DNA of 53,183 bases, counting the filler, from Basidioascus undulatus (taxonomy: Eukaryota): the NCBI GenBank assembly GCA_000826855.1. It is 3 parts of 3 records of this genome, joined end to end, with 100 filler letters (N's around TTAATTAATTAA, not from the genome) between each part and the next. Parts side by side here need not be neighbours in the genome. Positions count along the whole stretch, not along the records: positions 1 to 17,670 come from JTLS01000514.1; positions 17,771 to 35,431 come from JTLS01000515.1; 1 more part is not named here. The stretch is one strand, 5' to 3'. The notes beneath the pieces are model-generated. The model did not search any database. It was given only the letters and a program-made list of their open reading frames with translations, and was not told the DNA's origin. Positions 11,649-23,847 of this stretch are shown piece by piece (positions within the stretch are counted from its first letter, which is position 1; the number at the start of each line of letters is the position of its first letter). The translations under genes and the position numbers were made by a program.

Positions 11649-12661
11649 GAATCAGCTACAACTTCACCATCACCCCTGCTTTACAGCTCCGCCTCGCACA
11701 GGAGCTACCCTGGCTCCCCTCCGGCCCCACCCCTGTTCTCGCCGTTACCCGGTCGATTATCATGCGCCCGATCGAGGCGACCCATAGAACGGTGACTGGT
11801 AAGCCACATCTTCCGATGCGGTTCCTGGCGTTCAACACACGAATGTTGACGCACAACTCCACCGTAGCTCCCAAGCAGGAGTCGAGCGTCGACGCTATCG
11901 CCCTCGGTCGTAGCCCGGGAAGGTTCGGAGGTGAGCAACGAGCTCCTTTGTTGGCGAGAAGCACAGTGCAACGTTGGAACAAACTACTGACCGGGGCGTG
12001 CTGGCCTTTCTTGACAACGATGCAGCCGCTCAACTGCAGCAACTCCAGGCCACAGCGGGTCCCGACCAGCCTTCCGACAACAACTTCCAGGCCGCTCTTG
12101 GTCTCACTGTTCACGCCTCCGTCCAGGCTGCCGTCCAAGCCGCCGTCTGTCTGGCCGTTCAAGCCGCCGTCGGTCCCGCCGATCAAGCGGCCTTCAACAA
12201 CCTCCAGCGCGGTCAGGCTCGTATGAATGCCCTGGAACGCTCTGCCAGACAGGCACTTCTTCCTGGCAACTGCTCATGGTATCGGGTCTGTCTGGGGGTA
12301 ATTGGCATAGGTTGCGAACGGAATCCTCTTCCGGTCCGGACTCGATAGATGGAAGTCCGTTCTGAACTCCCAGCTCCAGCTTATCCCCGCGGTGCGTACC
12401 CTTCCTCGCGCCAGGATAGAAGAAAGCCGACTCAAACTGACAAGCACCAACGACAGCGTAGGGCTATCCCCCAATTACCGGTCAAGCGTGCTGTACTACC
12501 TCAGCGAGGACTCGTTCATCGGGTGGTGCAACTACTACGGCATGGTCAGCCAGAACGAAGGGAAGACGGTGATGCGACTGCCGTCGGCGCTGTCTGAGAA
12601 CCGCTGCAATCGGCAATGGTGGTCCTTCTCATTCCTTCTCGGACAATTTTTCATTGATTAA
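11649..12661 (+). pseudogene. Decayed hypothetical protein (Ala/Gln-rich helix; C-terminus loosely like Mug135_C)
   Basis: Fragments VQAAVQAAVCLAVQAAVG...RMNALERS and YPPIT/VLYYLSEDSFIGWCNYYGM lie in incompatible frames. The family resemblance is from memory only. Confidence 0.35.
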
Positions 12662-13157
12662 CAGCTCGGTGTTCTGTACTGCTCACTATTCTGTTATCCC
12701 TGCTGCAATTGTACCCCTCCTGCACTGTCTTGCCGAGTGCGCTGAATCAAACATGTCCCGTCAACTTCCCAATATTACCATGTTGTTGTGAAATTTGCTC
12801 GAATCAGAATTGTGGCCAGGTTTGTCTCAGACAGCCCCAAAATCGGCTATGTCTGATCTTCACGCAGACTTTACCACCAAAGGGAGAACGTGTCGTCGGG
12901 AGAAAGTTCATCACAGTGCAGTGCTTTGCACTTGCACGTTTCCCGAGCTTGTTCCTTCTATCACGATGCTGCCCAGAATAAATATTCGACTTTATGGATA
13001 AGTAAATTCTCTTGAGCGGCAAATAGGATAGCCGGAACGGCCAGAAACCCGCCGAGCCAAACAAGACCCGCATTACTGTCGCAGGTTAGACAGGATTTAA
13101 CATCATTGTCTCGCCAACCTTCTGCGGTAATATCCCCCTATTCCACAACTTTACCAT

Positions 13158-13613
13158 TCGGATGGATTCACCACCCCTGAGGGCGCGTACAGAAGACCGC
13201 TGCTTGCTTCTGCCCTCTTCCCATCACCATCCTCTCTCGTTTACATCCGTTTTCGAACGAATGAACTCCAGCTACCCGCAATGGCCGCTCCCATCACCCT
13301 CAACTTCCCCGTCGCACCTCTTCCGAGCCTGAAGGCCATGCTCGCTCCCCTTGGGCCGGGCCCGTTCGTCTGGCCGTTAACCCGGGAGGCACGCGCTCGA
13401 GCCAGTCTCTACGTTTTGCAGTCTGCCGTGCCTATATGGACTAGCCGCTGCGTGACTGGTGAGTCCTACTTTTTGCTGCGGCTCTCGTTCGACATTCGTA
13501 TGCTGATGCAGTGTCATGGTTCTACCGTACATGCCGAGATGCAAGCCGTAGTTAACGCTGCCGCATGCGTACGTGACGTGTACAGAGGTAAGTGGAGTCG
13601 GAAGAAGGGCTGA
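13158..13613 (+). pseudogene. Truncated diverged paralog of the 11.5-12.6 kb locus
   Basis: 13179-13241 matches 11570-11632 at 56/63 nt. MLAPLGPGP aligns with TLAPLRPHP, and both share a GTGACTG|GT donor context. Confidence 0.5.
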
Positions 13614-14660
13614 ACTACGTCGTGAAAATGACATGCACTGAGTTGGCGGACACACTTTCGTGCTGGATTACCTGATAGCCGGGCAACCTCAACCCCTGAA
13701 TTCAGATCATCAGCGAAGGCTGCAAGTTTGAAACCTATATCATGCTCGCCTGTCTATCTTCCGCTTCAGTTTGAGAGTGAATGTGATCTGAGCTCGCCCA
13801 GAACAGCCGCCGCGATTCCGGTTCGCCGACTCGGTAAACAGCGACACGGGAATGATGGTATGGGAATCAAGCAACATAGCTGAACAAGAGTCAAAGGAAA
13901 ACAATTATAGCAGACGTAAAGCAATGGTTCTAAAGTAGCGCCGACAGAAGCACGCAGTCGCCCAATGCCCTCGGTGCTGTTGGGGGGGGAGGCCTACACA
14001 GTCATTCGCCTTAGTCAGTTCTATCCGGTTCTGCAAATTTATTGCGTAATGAGTGGTATCGACCGTGGGGATAGCCTGAAGCTGAGCGTTCAGAACCGCT
14101 TGCCGCCAGAGAGCTCCGACCGCAAACGATCGCCCTTGCCGAAGGTGAGGGCGCCAGGACGTTTTGAGAGACTAGTCACCACAGCGGCTGCGCGCATACT
14201 GCGTCGCTTATCCGACTCACGCGCATGGCAGTCGATTCTCGGATTTTACCACACAGGGTGAGACTTTGCACGTATGCGAAGGAATAACACCTGTATGCGA
14301 GATTACAGCAAAACAGCAGAGTTGAGAATCCCCAAGAGCAGGACCAGTCAGTCAAGCGCAATACCTCCGTCCAGCACGCCCAGTGGCTCTTTGATAGCAA
14401 TGCATCGGCGTAGATGGTTTACATCAGGCATGGGGGCAAGGTGAGGTGGTCGATCTAGAGCAGAAAATGTTCATCAAATCAATCTGCCTGACCTTCCCAT
14501 TGCGCTACCGCTCACCAACGACGCTCACATCCAAACATCGCAAACAGACATCAATTTCATCAAAGTCATTACCGGGGTTTACGTAGCGATGCCCCTTCAA
14601 AACGTCCTCCAGTCTTTCTGTCTCTCTAGCCAGCTCGGACAAGCATCCAACTATGATCGT

Positions 14661-16935
14661 TTACCGGGCCTCGTCCTTCTCGTCGTACCTGGGAGGCGCG
14701 CAATAATCCCAAGTCAGCCTCAAACTTCAGAAGGAAATGGCGTGACGCACGAGCTGTCGATAGCTGTAGGAGGAGAGGGGGATGGGGGTCAGCAACGTTG
14801 GGAGATCGCAGTACAGCGGCAGAAACCGAGGCGTTGACGCACCACCCATGAGGAGCTGTCGAACAGGCGCCCCCAGAACCAGGTCAGTCCAGTATTAGTC
14901 GGCCTTACCGCTGCCGCTTCCGCGACGCACCTTGACAAGCCACAGCTCCGGCGTAAGTTCCTGCCCTGCCTTCTGCATCTCGTCCGCCTCCAGCTCGTCT
15001 GTCACCATCCAAGAAACAAGCTTAGCCTTCAGTCCGTGCTTCCCCAAAAAACAATATCGCACAGTTGGAAGTGCAGTCGATCAGCCCGCCAATGACCGGG
15101 TCCTTGTCGAGCTCCTCCAAGAACTCGCGGGCCCTGCGTAACGGCCACAGTCAGCGCCGGTATCGCTAATGAGCGCAGAAACGGACGACTGACTTGATGT
15201 CGTTTCCGATCTGGGCGATCTGGAACGATACGGCGTCGGGCCCGTAGCGGGTGCGCGCGAGGTCGTCGTGCGCAGCGCGGATGACGCGGTTGATGAGGTT
15301 CCTGTCTTCACCCGCAGGCGTGCCGTCCGTCTGTCCAAGCCATCGCATCCACACCAGCCATCTCAGCTCAGTCACAAACCTTGCAAGGGAGAAGGGAGGG
15401 CAACGCACGAGCGTGATGATAAGCACGGGCTTCTGAAGGGCGTTCTGGCTCGCGGGGCCGAGGAGCAACGGCTCGAGGATCTTGCGCTGCATGCTTGTCC
15501 CGAGCGGGGTCAAGCCCGAAAACTTAACTTGCTGCAGGAGCGAGAGCGCTTGCTGCTCCGTCCGGATGCCGTTCCCGTCGACACGCGAGTTCATGAAGCG
15601 GACCTCTGCAGCGTCCGGGACTCTGAAAGTCAGCGACCGGCTGCGAGGCATTTCTATGGAGAATGAGGGCGAGAAGAAAGCGGAAGTAAGACTTGCGGAT
15701 GCCCTACAATGACGGAGGTAGGGGTTAGCTCGAGTTACGAGAGGGGCAAGAAGGGTAACGTTACACTTACATCCTGGTCAAAGAGCGACGAAGCGTACGC
15801 AACGCGAGTGAGGACGAGCTTGAGGTCCTCGATGCGCTCGCCGCCCTCCTCGAACGCCATCGAGCCCTGCAGCAATGAAGCTCAGTCAGCGACTTCTCAA
15901 GGCGAATTATTAAGTGTCACTGAAGACAAACCGAGTCATCCAGGTAAAGAACAACGTCGAACAGTGCGAGCTTGACGAGGTCGCTTGCGATCTCCTTCGG
16001 CATCCGCCAGTCCGCAGCGACGCGGTCGAGCGCGCCGCTCGCGGCGACGCGCTGGGCGATCGGCTCGAGGGAGCCGGGCGGGTAGAAGGCTTGGAGTTTC
16101 TGTCAAACCGTCCTTCCGTCGTTCAGCTGTGTGCTTAAGGCTGAGTGACTTTCAAGAAGGAACGAACCTGGTCCACCACAGTCTGCTCAAGCACGCCCTG
16201 GAGGTACCGCGCATCGGTGTTGTTTCCGCCCGGGGTGGGCGCAAAGCCCTGGGGAGGAGGCGCTCCCTGGGGCGGGGGCGGTCCGGGCGGGGGTGCATAC
16301 TGGCCGGGCGGAGCGGGCGACCGACCTGGGTAGCCCTGCGGCGGCGGCGGATACGACTGTCCGGGTGGACCGTACGGCGGCTGACCGCCGGGCGGACCAC
16401 CGGAGAGCGCGCCAGGCGCACCGTACTGCCCCGGGGCCTGCGAGGGAGGCCCCTGACCGTGAGGTCCTCCATAAGGACTGTAAGGCCACGCGAGCTATCA
16501 GCGATCTTGGATTGTAGGGTGAATCGGGAGAGGGAGGGACATACGGCGGCGGCGGGCCGTATCCCGGCTGGCCCGGCTGTCCCGGCTGGCCTGGAGGGCC
16601 ATGCTGCGCGTATCTGTCCACCGAGATCACACATATGCGGTCAGTCTCGGATCGGCTACTGCGGTCGGCCTCGACGCACCCTTGCGGCGGCTGGCCATAA
16701 GGAGACTGGGCAGGAGCGCCATACGGTGGCTGCTGGCCCAGGGGAGGTGCGCCGTACGGCTGCGCCTGCTGAGCGCCGCCAGGAGGGACACCGCCCGCCT
16801 GGAGCGAGGCGGGGTGCTGTCCGGCGGCCCTTTGAGCGGCAGCGAGCTGAACGAGTGGGAGCGGGTCATGAGTGAGTTCGGCTGCACAAGCTGTATCTCA
16901 TGCTCATTCCGACTTACCTTCGATGCGAGACCCAT
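14661..16935 (-). CDS. vWA-domain protein with Gly/Pro/Gln/Tyr-rich N-terminus (conserved fungal MGLASK type)
   Basis: MGLASK start, LFDVVLYLD|D..GSMAFEEGGERIEDL (MIDAS region), SGLTPLGT, KPVLIITL|TDG, SFQIAQIGND, and C-terminal IDSSYDEKDEAR*. Confidence 0.88.
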
Positions 16936-17565
16936 AGTATTCGGTTATTCAAATGCTAGAAGAGGGCTGTAAAGGACGATAAGGCAGTCGATGATGGTGG
17001 GAGGAAGACAGCGAGAGCAGCTGTGGCAGTGAACGTGTTTCTTGGACAACGGAACGAGAGGGGCGTGCGGGCGGGCGGCGTCTGGCACAGCCCCGTTTCT
17101 TGAAAGAACGCTGGCTGCGCTTCGGCTTGCTTCTTTACACCGGAAGTCGCAGAATTGATTTCTATGAGGGGGACTGAAATGTGTTCCCTTTAATTCAGCT
17201 GGGACAGAGATTGGTGCATGCGTTCGTTCGCAGCCTCGTGAAGGTTGAAACGGCAGCAGATCGCTGCACTGTGACTGCTCCTCTGCTCCGCACAACTCAA
17301 AAAGATACACCGTAACATCGATAGTCAAAATGGATATGCGCGTGGACGAACGTAAGCTAGGCAACAGCACACTGAACAAAACAAGAACGGAAATAAGAGA
17401 GTGTGTGCGCGTGCGTGAGTAAAATGCAAGCCAAGAAAGCCGATGATGATGAAAGTAAGGATAAGAAACTGAGGTATGGTATGCTACGAGATGAGATGAG
17501 CGGTCCGTCGAAGGAAGAAGGAAGAGGGAAAGGGGATGGGATGAGGATGGGGAGGCGACGGTGGG

Positions 17566-17670
17566 TCATGGTGCAGGTGCGGGAGCAGACGGCTTCTCGG
17601 AAGACTCGGCGGAGGCGTCTTGCGGGGCGGCAGACGGGGACGCGCGCGGGTCATCCTTCCACTCGGGCGG
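17566..17670 (-). CDS. Probable 3' end of a gene cut by the assembly gap
   Basis: GC-rich open frame PPEWKDDPRASPSAAPQDASAESSEKPSAPAPAP* followed by pyrimidine-rich UTR-like sequence. Confidence 0.4.
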   Translation of the reverse strand, partial: PPEWKDDPRASPSAAPQDASAESSEKPSAPAPAP

Positions 17671-17770
17671 NNNNNNNNNNNNNNNNNNNNNNNNNNNNNN
17701 NNNNNNNNNNNNNNTTAATTAATTAANNNNNNNNNNNNNNNNNNNNNNNNNNNNNNNNNNNNNNNNNNNN
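17671..17770. other. Artificial contig spacer (44N-TTAATTAATTAA-44N)
   Basis: 100-bp spacer with a six-frame stop linker at 17715-17726. Confidence 0.97.
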
Positions 17771-18624
17771 CGTCTCGTAATCAACCATTGCCCTCACAAG
17801 CCCCGGGTAGCCCCCGTTGCGATCCGTTTCACTCTGCCGGATCCTGACAATGCATGCCCGACACCTTGGAGCTTGGATCTCGTTGCATGCATCGCACCTC
17901 TACTGTACATGCCGTTGCATGGACACATGACCCTTTTCACAGACCCACGGTAAGAGAATGACCATAGTTCATGAATACTTGGACAGGTTTTCTGCACCGG
18001 ACTGTACAGCTGAAACGCCCACTGCGCAGTCCAACGACAATTTACAGACACTCACGCCTCCAGATGTCGTCGGACTTGTCCTCCCTCCGCTGCCATCAAC
18101 CTGCAGAGTGCCAAGTTATTGTACATATTGCCCCTGTAGTTTTTCGAACGATAACCCGGGAAGCCTGAAAGCTGGCGCCACTGCATCAGAAGTGCATGGC
18201 GTCAACAGGAGCAGAACGCCCCCTTCGGCCTCCGCGGACGGAGACCGACAGCTGCTGTGGCGGAAAGACTCTCCGGCTTTACTTCGGCGAATCCGATTTG
18301 AACAAGGCCTCGGCAGGCTCCGCCCTTTGTATGTTTCCCCTTTGTGCTAACTGGGTACGAGGGTCTTCCAGAAAAGTCAAGCGGGATGAGGCAGGATGAG
18401 GCGAGGCTCGCGAAATGCGATGCGCGCCGAGATGACTGTCTCAGTCGGAGTCTGGCTTCCTCGCGAGCCTCACAGCACATTATTGGCTGACTCCGGTTGC
18501 CGGCGGTACTGTGGAAGCGAGAAATCTGGAAGGAACAGAACAGCGATCGTTGACGTCTGCCCCCGCTGGAGAAGGAAAGCATGGAAGGCATGGACCCATG
18601 TGGGCGACGCCACCGTGCCTGACA

Positions 18625-18812
18625 GTGGGGCCTCAGGCTAGAGAACCGGGGCCGAAGACTTTTTGCGGGTTAGCGCTGATTAGCGTCCCCTGGGGATGCG
18701 GGGAAACCTGTGGGGGGAAGAGGGGTCGGTGGGGAAGCTGGGACAAGGCGTGGACGAGGCGTTGAAGCGAGCTGGCGATCTTTTCCAGGCGGAGCGGCTC
18801 GTTGCATATAAA
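18625..18812 (+). promoter_or_regulatory. Cluster of SYGGRG (CreA/Mig1-type) sites plus TATA box upstream of the sugar permease
   Basis: SYGGRG at 18625, 18646, 18690, 18698, 18710, 18729 and 18789. TATAAA at 18807-18812; ATG at 18949. Confidence 0.55.
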
Positions 18813-18948
18813 GGCCTGAGAGACTGCGAGTTGCTTTCCCCACCCCTTACCTCTCATTCTTGTCTTCAAGACCTCACCTCTCTTCCCTACGGAACACAAC
18901 CGACTCCACTCCCCCTCCGCCTCCTCCCCCTTCCACACCACACACGCA

Positions 18949-21399
18949 ATGGCTGGTGGCGCCATTATCATGCCCTCCCGCAACGCCGGCAAGGGTGGCT
19001 TCCGTAGCCTTCTTCCCCAGCGCGAGCACGTCTGGCCGTTCGCATTGGTGTCCTCTCTGTTCTTGTACGTTGAAACTGTCGGTTCCTGGTGTCATCGGGG
19101 CATTACTTACAGAGTGCCTCGGAACAGCCTGTGGGGTTTCGCATACGGCCTACTTGATGTCTTGAACAAGAAGGTAAGCAACCTCACCCGATACCCTTCT
19201 TGAATGTCCGGGTAACAATGCTGCGCCTATGTGAACAGTTCCAAAACAACCTTGGTCCGTTCCTGAGCGTTCTGCACGCCTTTCATCATGTGGACTTCGT
19301 CTGACCAGCTCTTCTGCCTCCAGAGCTCACCAAGCTCGAGTCCACTGGTCTCCAAGTTATGTACTTCGGTCTCGGATGTACGTGCTCTCCTTTTGGGAAG
19401 GAACAGGAAAAGGAAAGCAGGCGCTGACCTGGGCACGTTTGGTAGACTTCGCCTTCTCTCCCGTCGCTGCCGAGGTCATGCGCCGCACTAGTTACAAGAA
19501 GACGATCATCATGGGTTTGGCTCTTTACTCGATCGGTGCAGTAAGTTATTCTTGTTCTTCTGCACATGGTGCACCTGTTGACCTCAATCTTCTTCCATAG
19601 GTCTTCTTCTGGCCCGTCGCCAAGTTCTCGGGACAGACCACCCACAAAGCTGCTTTCGGTGGCTTCTTGGTCTGCACCGGTGTCATTGCCGTGAGTTTAT
19701 GAGGCCACTGGAGAGGAGGCGACTTGCTGATTTGAAGGTGTTTGTCGCGCAGTGCGGTCTTGCTACTCTGGAGGTCTCCGCCAACAGCTACATCACGCTT
19801 CTCGGTAACAGGTCCGGTGCTGCGTTCCGCCTTCAGTTCGCCCAGTCTTGGAACGGCAGTACGTCTTTGTCCGAGTCTGATTGTCTAGTTGCTGTACGAG
19901 CCCTTTTACTCACTGTATGATCTTCTCACAGTTGCTTCCTTCGTCGGCCCCCTCATTGCTTCGAAGTACTTCTTCAGCGGGGAGCACGCCGACAGCCTCA
20001 CTACCGTTCAGTTCGTTTACCTCGCGGTTGCTCTGAGTGCGTATACTTCTTTATGCAGTTGAATATCCCTGAATATCTCATTGACGGCTTTTACTCAGTG
20101 GGTGCCTGTGTTGCCGTCCTATTCATCGTCACTCGCCTTCCCGAGGTCTCCGAAGATGCGCTGCAGGCTGAACTCGAGGCTACCGAGGGCGGTGAGGCCG
20201 ACAAGGTGTTCTGGGCGAACAAGCGCCCCATCTTCGGCTTCATTGCTCAGGTGAGCTGTAGCTGCAGTTTCGGGTATGCGTTCTCGGGTACTGACATACA
20301 GCCCACGACCAGTTCATGTACGTCGGCTCGCAAGTCGCAAACGGCGCCCTCTTCATCAACTACGCCCACGAGGTCTACGGCGCCGATGATTCCAAGGCTT
20401 CCCAACTTTTGTCTGCCGCTCTTGGTATTTTTACGGCCGGCCGTTTCATTGGTTCGGCTCTCCTCACTGTGGCGTCTGCACCTCTCCTCCTCGGCATCTT
20501 CGGTGTGGCCGCTGCCGTGCTCCAGGTCGTGAGTGTTTCGTCTCTTGTGCGGGAGGGCTTACCCGCTCGGGTGGAAGCGTTGTAGGCGCCTTCCCTGGCT
20601 GCATTTTTATCAAGTGGCGTTTCTCAGAGTCCGGTACTGACAATACATGCTCTTCTCAGGCCGTCTCTACTTCCCGGGGGACCGGCGGCCTCGCTTGCCT
20701 CATGCTCACGTTCTTCTTTATGTCGATCATGTACCCGATCAGTAAGTACAAATATTCCACTCTTCATCTTCTCCCACGTGCGTTACCTCGGGGTAGCCGA
20801 TGCTCGCCAGGGACGCGCCGTGGGTCGGCTCGCTGATCAGCGCTGACGGCCTGGCTCCTCCCTTTCTCTCAGTCTTCGTTCTCGGTACCTCCAACCTTGG
20901 TCGCCACACTCGTCGTGCTGCCGGACTTTTGGTTATGGGGGTGGCAGGCGGTTCGTTTTCTCCCTCTCTTCCCCTTAGGACACGGCACTGACAATGGATC
21001 CCCGTTCGCAGGCGCTGTATATCTCCCTCGCGTACCTTCCTTCTCATGTTACACATGTTCTGACGATATTTTCCTTTATTAAGGTTTATCCGCCAATGCA
21101 GGCGGCGATCGCTGATGCCCGCGGCACCCATGTTTCGTTTGCGATCAACATCCCGTCGTGCGTGACCGATCAAATTTCCTCTTCGACCCTCCTCTTGTCG
21201 CTGATACTGACACCTTGCTTGCAGGTTCGTCTACATCGCTGCCTTCGCTCTAGCCATTTGGTTCAAGGAGGGCATGAACTTCCGCAAGGCTGCCGACATC
21301 AACGTCGACCTTCCCCGCACCGAGTCGATCGAGGACGGTGTCGTGAAGAGCCCCGCCGACAAGATCGAGATCGAGGAGATCGACTACGTCCACCGCTAA
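18949..21399 (+). CDS. MFS sugar transporter, L-fucose permease (FucP/FHS) family, multi-exon
   Basis: FALVSSLFF|LWGFAYGLLDVLNKK, CGLATLEVSANSYIT, AAFRLQFAQSWNG, MYVGSQVA, FFMSIMYP, LGRHTRRAAGLLVMGVAGG. Confidence 0.92.
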
Positions 21400-22881
21400 A
21401 CACCTTCAGTATTTCCTTTCTTCCGTCTCTTTTCTCCTGTTTTCTGGAACAGTTTGTTGTACCTGTATTCCATATCCGAGCATTGAGCACAAGAATACCC
21501 TTGTATACATCGACTCTTCCCGTTCCAGTCTGAAGCCTGAGGTAGTGAGTGATTGAAACGCGACTGGCCCCTCGATCACCCACAGTTTAAGGTTGCTGCA
21601 ATGTCAAAAAAGGAATAAGTTGAATACATTCTTTCAAAAGTGTACATTGTAGGATACGAGGCCGCGTTGGCACGGCGCCTACCGACCACATGACCTTTCA
21701 GCATTCTCCGAACATCATTTCTGACGGCTTCATTATCCCTCTTTTACGCACAGTACCCCTATGAAGCGTTGAAGGAAGTATATAAGACGCCTCCCTGTTG
21801 ACTCGAAACCAAAACCTTGTTTCTCGACAATCTCAACCAACGCTCGAAGGCTGTCAAGCGATCATCAGAAAGCCGCAGTGTGAGCATTTGGATGTGTTCG
21901 TGAGGACCAGATCCCATGCCTTGCTCCCGATACCTAAAGCAGGGGGTCCACTTTGAAATGATCTGGGTGGCTTATGCGTGGCCAGGATACAGCCAAAGCC
22001 GCAGCAAGCCTGTCTCGGGGACGGTGCTTTCCAGCGTGCATACTCAAAAGGTTGCTCGCGCCGGAAGATACTGTGTATATTTCAATTCAGATTGGGTGGG
22101 AAGTAATCTGGCGCTCTCTTGACATTGTGGTTCGTACCAGAGCACCGCCGAAGTGGCGATGGGCTCGGCGCCTGCTCCATTCAAAATCCCTGGATATGTG
22201 GATGTGTACAAATTCCGTTATAGTGCCACCTGGAGTCCACCAGATTATAAAAGTGTATTCCCGCTGTCTCGAATGGAGCCGTACGATTGCCTCGGACCTT
22301 TGAGTGCAACTCGGACGCACAGGGAACTAAAGACTAGAGCATTCGGAGCCCGGGAGTGCCCGATTGTTCACCTTACTCTTAGTGATGCTTCATGGCCTCT
22401 AGAAACCCCAGACCAGGTTGGCTTACCGAAAGGCAAAGATGTTTTGCCTGATTCCCTGGGTGGGCAGCGCGGGTGGGGAGGCCTGATGCCTTAACGTTGC
22501 GCGGCCAGGCATTCCTAAATTTGCGCTGTATGTAAGGTTTCAAATTCTCTGGTTACCAGTACATGACCGAACGCGTTCGTTGCAGCCAGCTTGAGAGAAT
22601 CGTATCGACGGTTAGCTGCGTCTGGCCCGAGCTCGCTGTCAACTTCTTTTCACCTCGTCCAAAGACGAGACCGGTCCAGTCACCTGTGAATCTGAATTTT
22701 ATCAAACAGGTTTTATCCACCTGCTCTGAACCCAGGCAAATGACTCTAACATTGCATGGAATGCTGTTGCGGTGCTTGTATTCGTGCTACTCGAGCTGCC
22801 AAGAATAATGGCTATCTCAACAGCAACAATCCCACGAACGACTCGTATTGTCACCACTCTCCATCTTGAACCTGCTCGATT

Positions 22882-23847
22882 TCATCCCAAAAGCTGGTCC
22901 CGCTCCTTGCCCGCCTGCTCGAGCGCGAGATCAAGGTCTCCCAGCCGACGCGCCGCCTCCTGCTCCGCCCGCTGCGTCTCCCGCACTTCCGTCTCAAGTT
23001 TCTGCACCAGCCAGGAGACGTGCTCGTGGTGCTTAGTGTACGCGACGTTTCGGCCCGAAGCTGCCTGCGAGAGATTCTCAAGTGCGCGCTGGACCGCCTC
23101 GAACTCGCGCGACGCAGCGTCGCGCTGCGCGTAGATGTGCTGGAGCTCAGCGGCTTGGCTGGGGTTGCTCGTCAGCGGTAGCCAGGGGTGATGAGTGCTG
23201 TAGGAGGACAGGGAAGGAGAGCTCTGCTGCGACTGAGCGAGTGCGGCGTGCGAGGCTGTCGAGGAGGCTGCTTTGCCCCAGAGTGAGTTGCTGTGCGGGC
23301 TTTCAGTCTGGTAAGGGGGAGGAGGCGAGAAGCCGTAGGAAGGCGACTCTGGAAACCGCTGGACAAGCTCGTGCTTGCTCGAAGAAGCGGAGTGCGATTG
23401 CTTCAGCGGCGTCCCGACAGCGGGCATTGCGGCAGAAGCGCTGTTCGCGAGCGCAGAGGACGAGAGGGTGCGCGATGGGGCCGATTGCTGCGCGGACGAG
23501 ACTTCCGACGACCAGTCGAATACAAATTCCATCGGGGGTTGGAAGTGGGAAAGTGAGCGGGGGAGCTCCGGGGGCGGCATGCTGGGCCTCAAGGTGGACG
23601 TGGGCGAGTTGTGCGCCTGAGCAGGCGTAGGCGCAGTAGGGAGCGACGCGGGCCTGGATGGCGCGAAAAGAGAACGCTCATCAGAAATTGGTCCGCGATT
23701 TAGACTGAGCTCAGAGAGTGCACACCCGGCATGGTCGAGACCACGTTGCTCGGCGGAGGGTCCGGTCGTTGACTCCTTCAGCGACGGGGCGCCAGCGGAC
23801 CGGCCGCGGCGAAGAACAGTGCGGTCGACTGTTGCCTTGGGCGACAT
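22882..23847 (-). CDS. Hypothetical Ser/Pro-rich protein with C-terminal coiled coil
   Basis: 321-codon ORF with a disordered N-terminal half and the heptad-like ELQHIYAQRDAASREFEAVQRALENL...LEQAGKERDQL. Confidence 0.6.
   Translation of the reverse strand: MSPKATVDRTVLRRGRSAGAPSLKESTTGPSAEQRGLDHAGCALSELSLNRGPISDERSLFAPSRPASLPTAPTPAQAHNSPTSTLRPSMPPPELPRSLSHFQPPMEFVFDWSSEVSSAQQSAPSRTLSSSALANSASAAMPAVGTPLKQSHSASSSKHELVQRFPESPSYGFSPPPPYQTESPHSNSLWGKAASSTASHAALAQSQQSSPSLSSYSTHHPWLPLTSNPSQAAELQHIYAQRDAASREFEAVQRALENLSQAASGRNVAYTKHHEHVSWLVQKLETEVRETQRAEQEAARRLGDLDLALEQAGKERDQLLG

Noticed and set aside
17715..17726. TTAATTAATTAA palindrome, repeated at 35476-35487, as a biological element
   Set aside because: It is centred in identical 100-bp N spacers and encodes stops in all six frames, so it is an assembly linker.
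21916..22494. Short ORFs as a gene; likewise 28325-28945 and 30533-30832
   Set aside because: No recognisable motif or consistent splice model; they may be decayed sequence but I cannot support a call.
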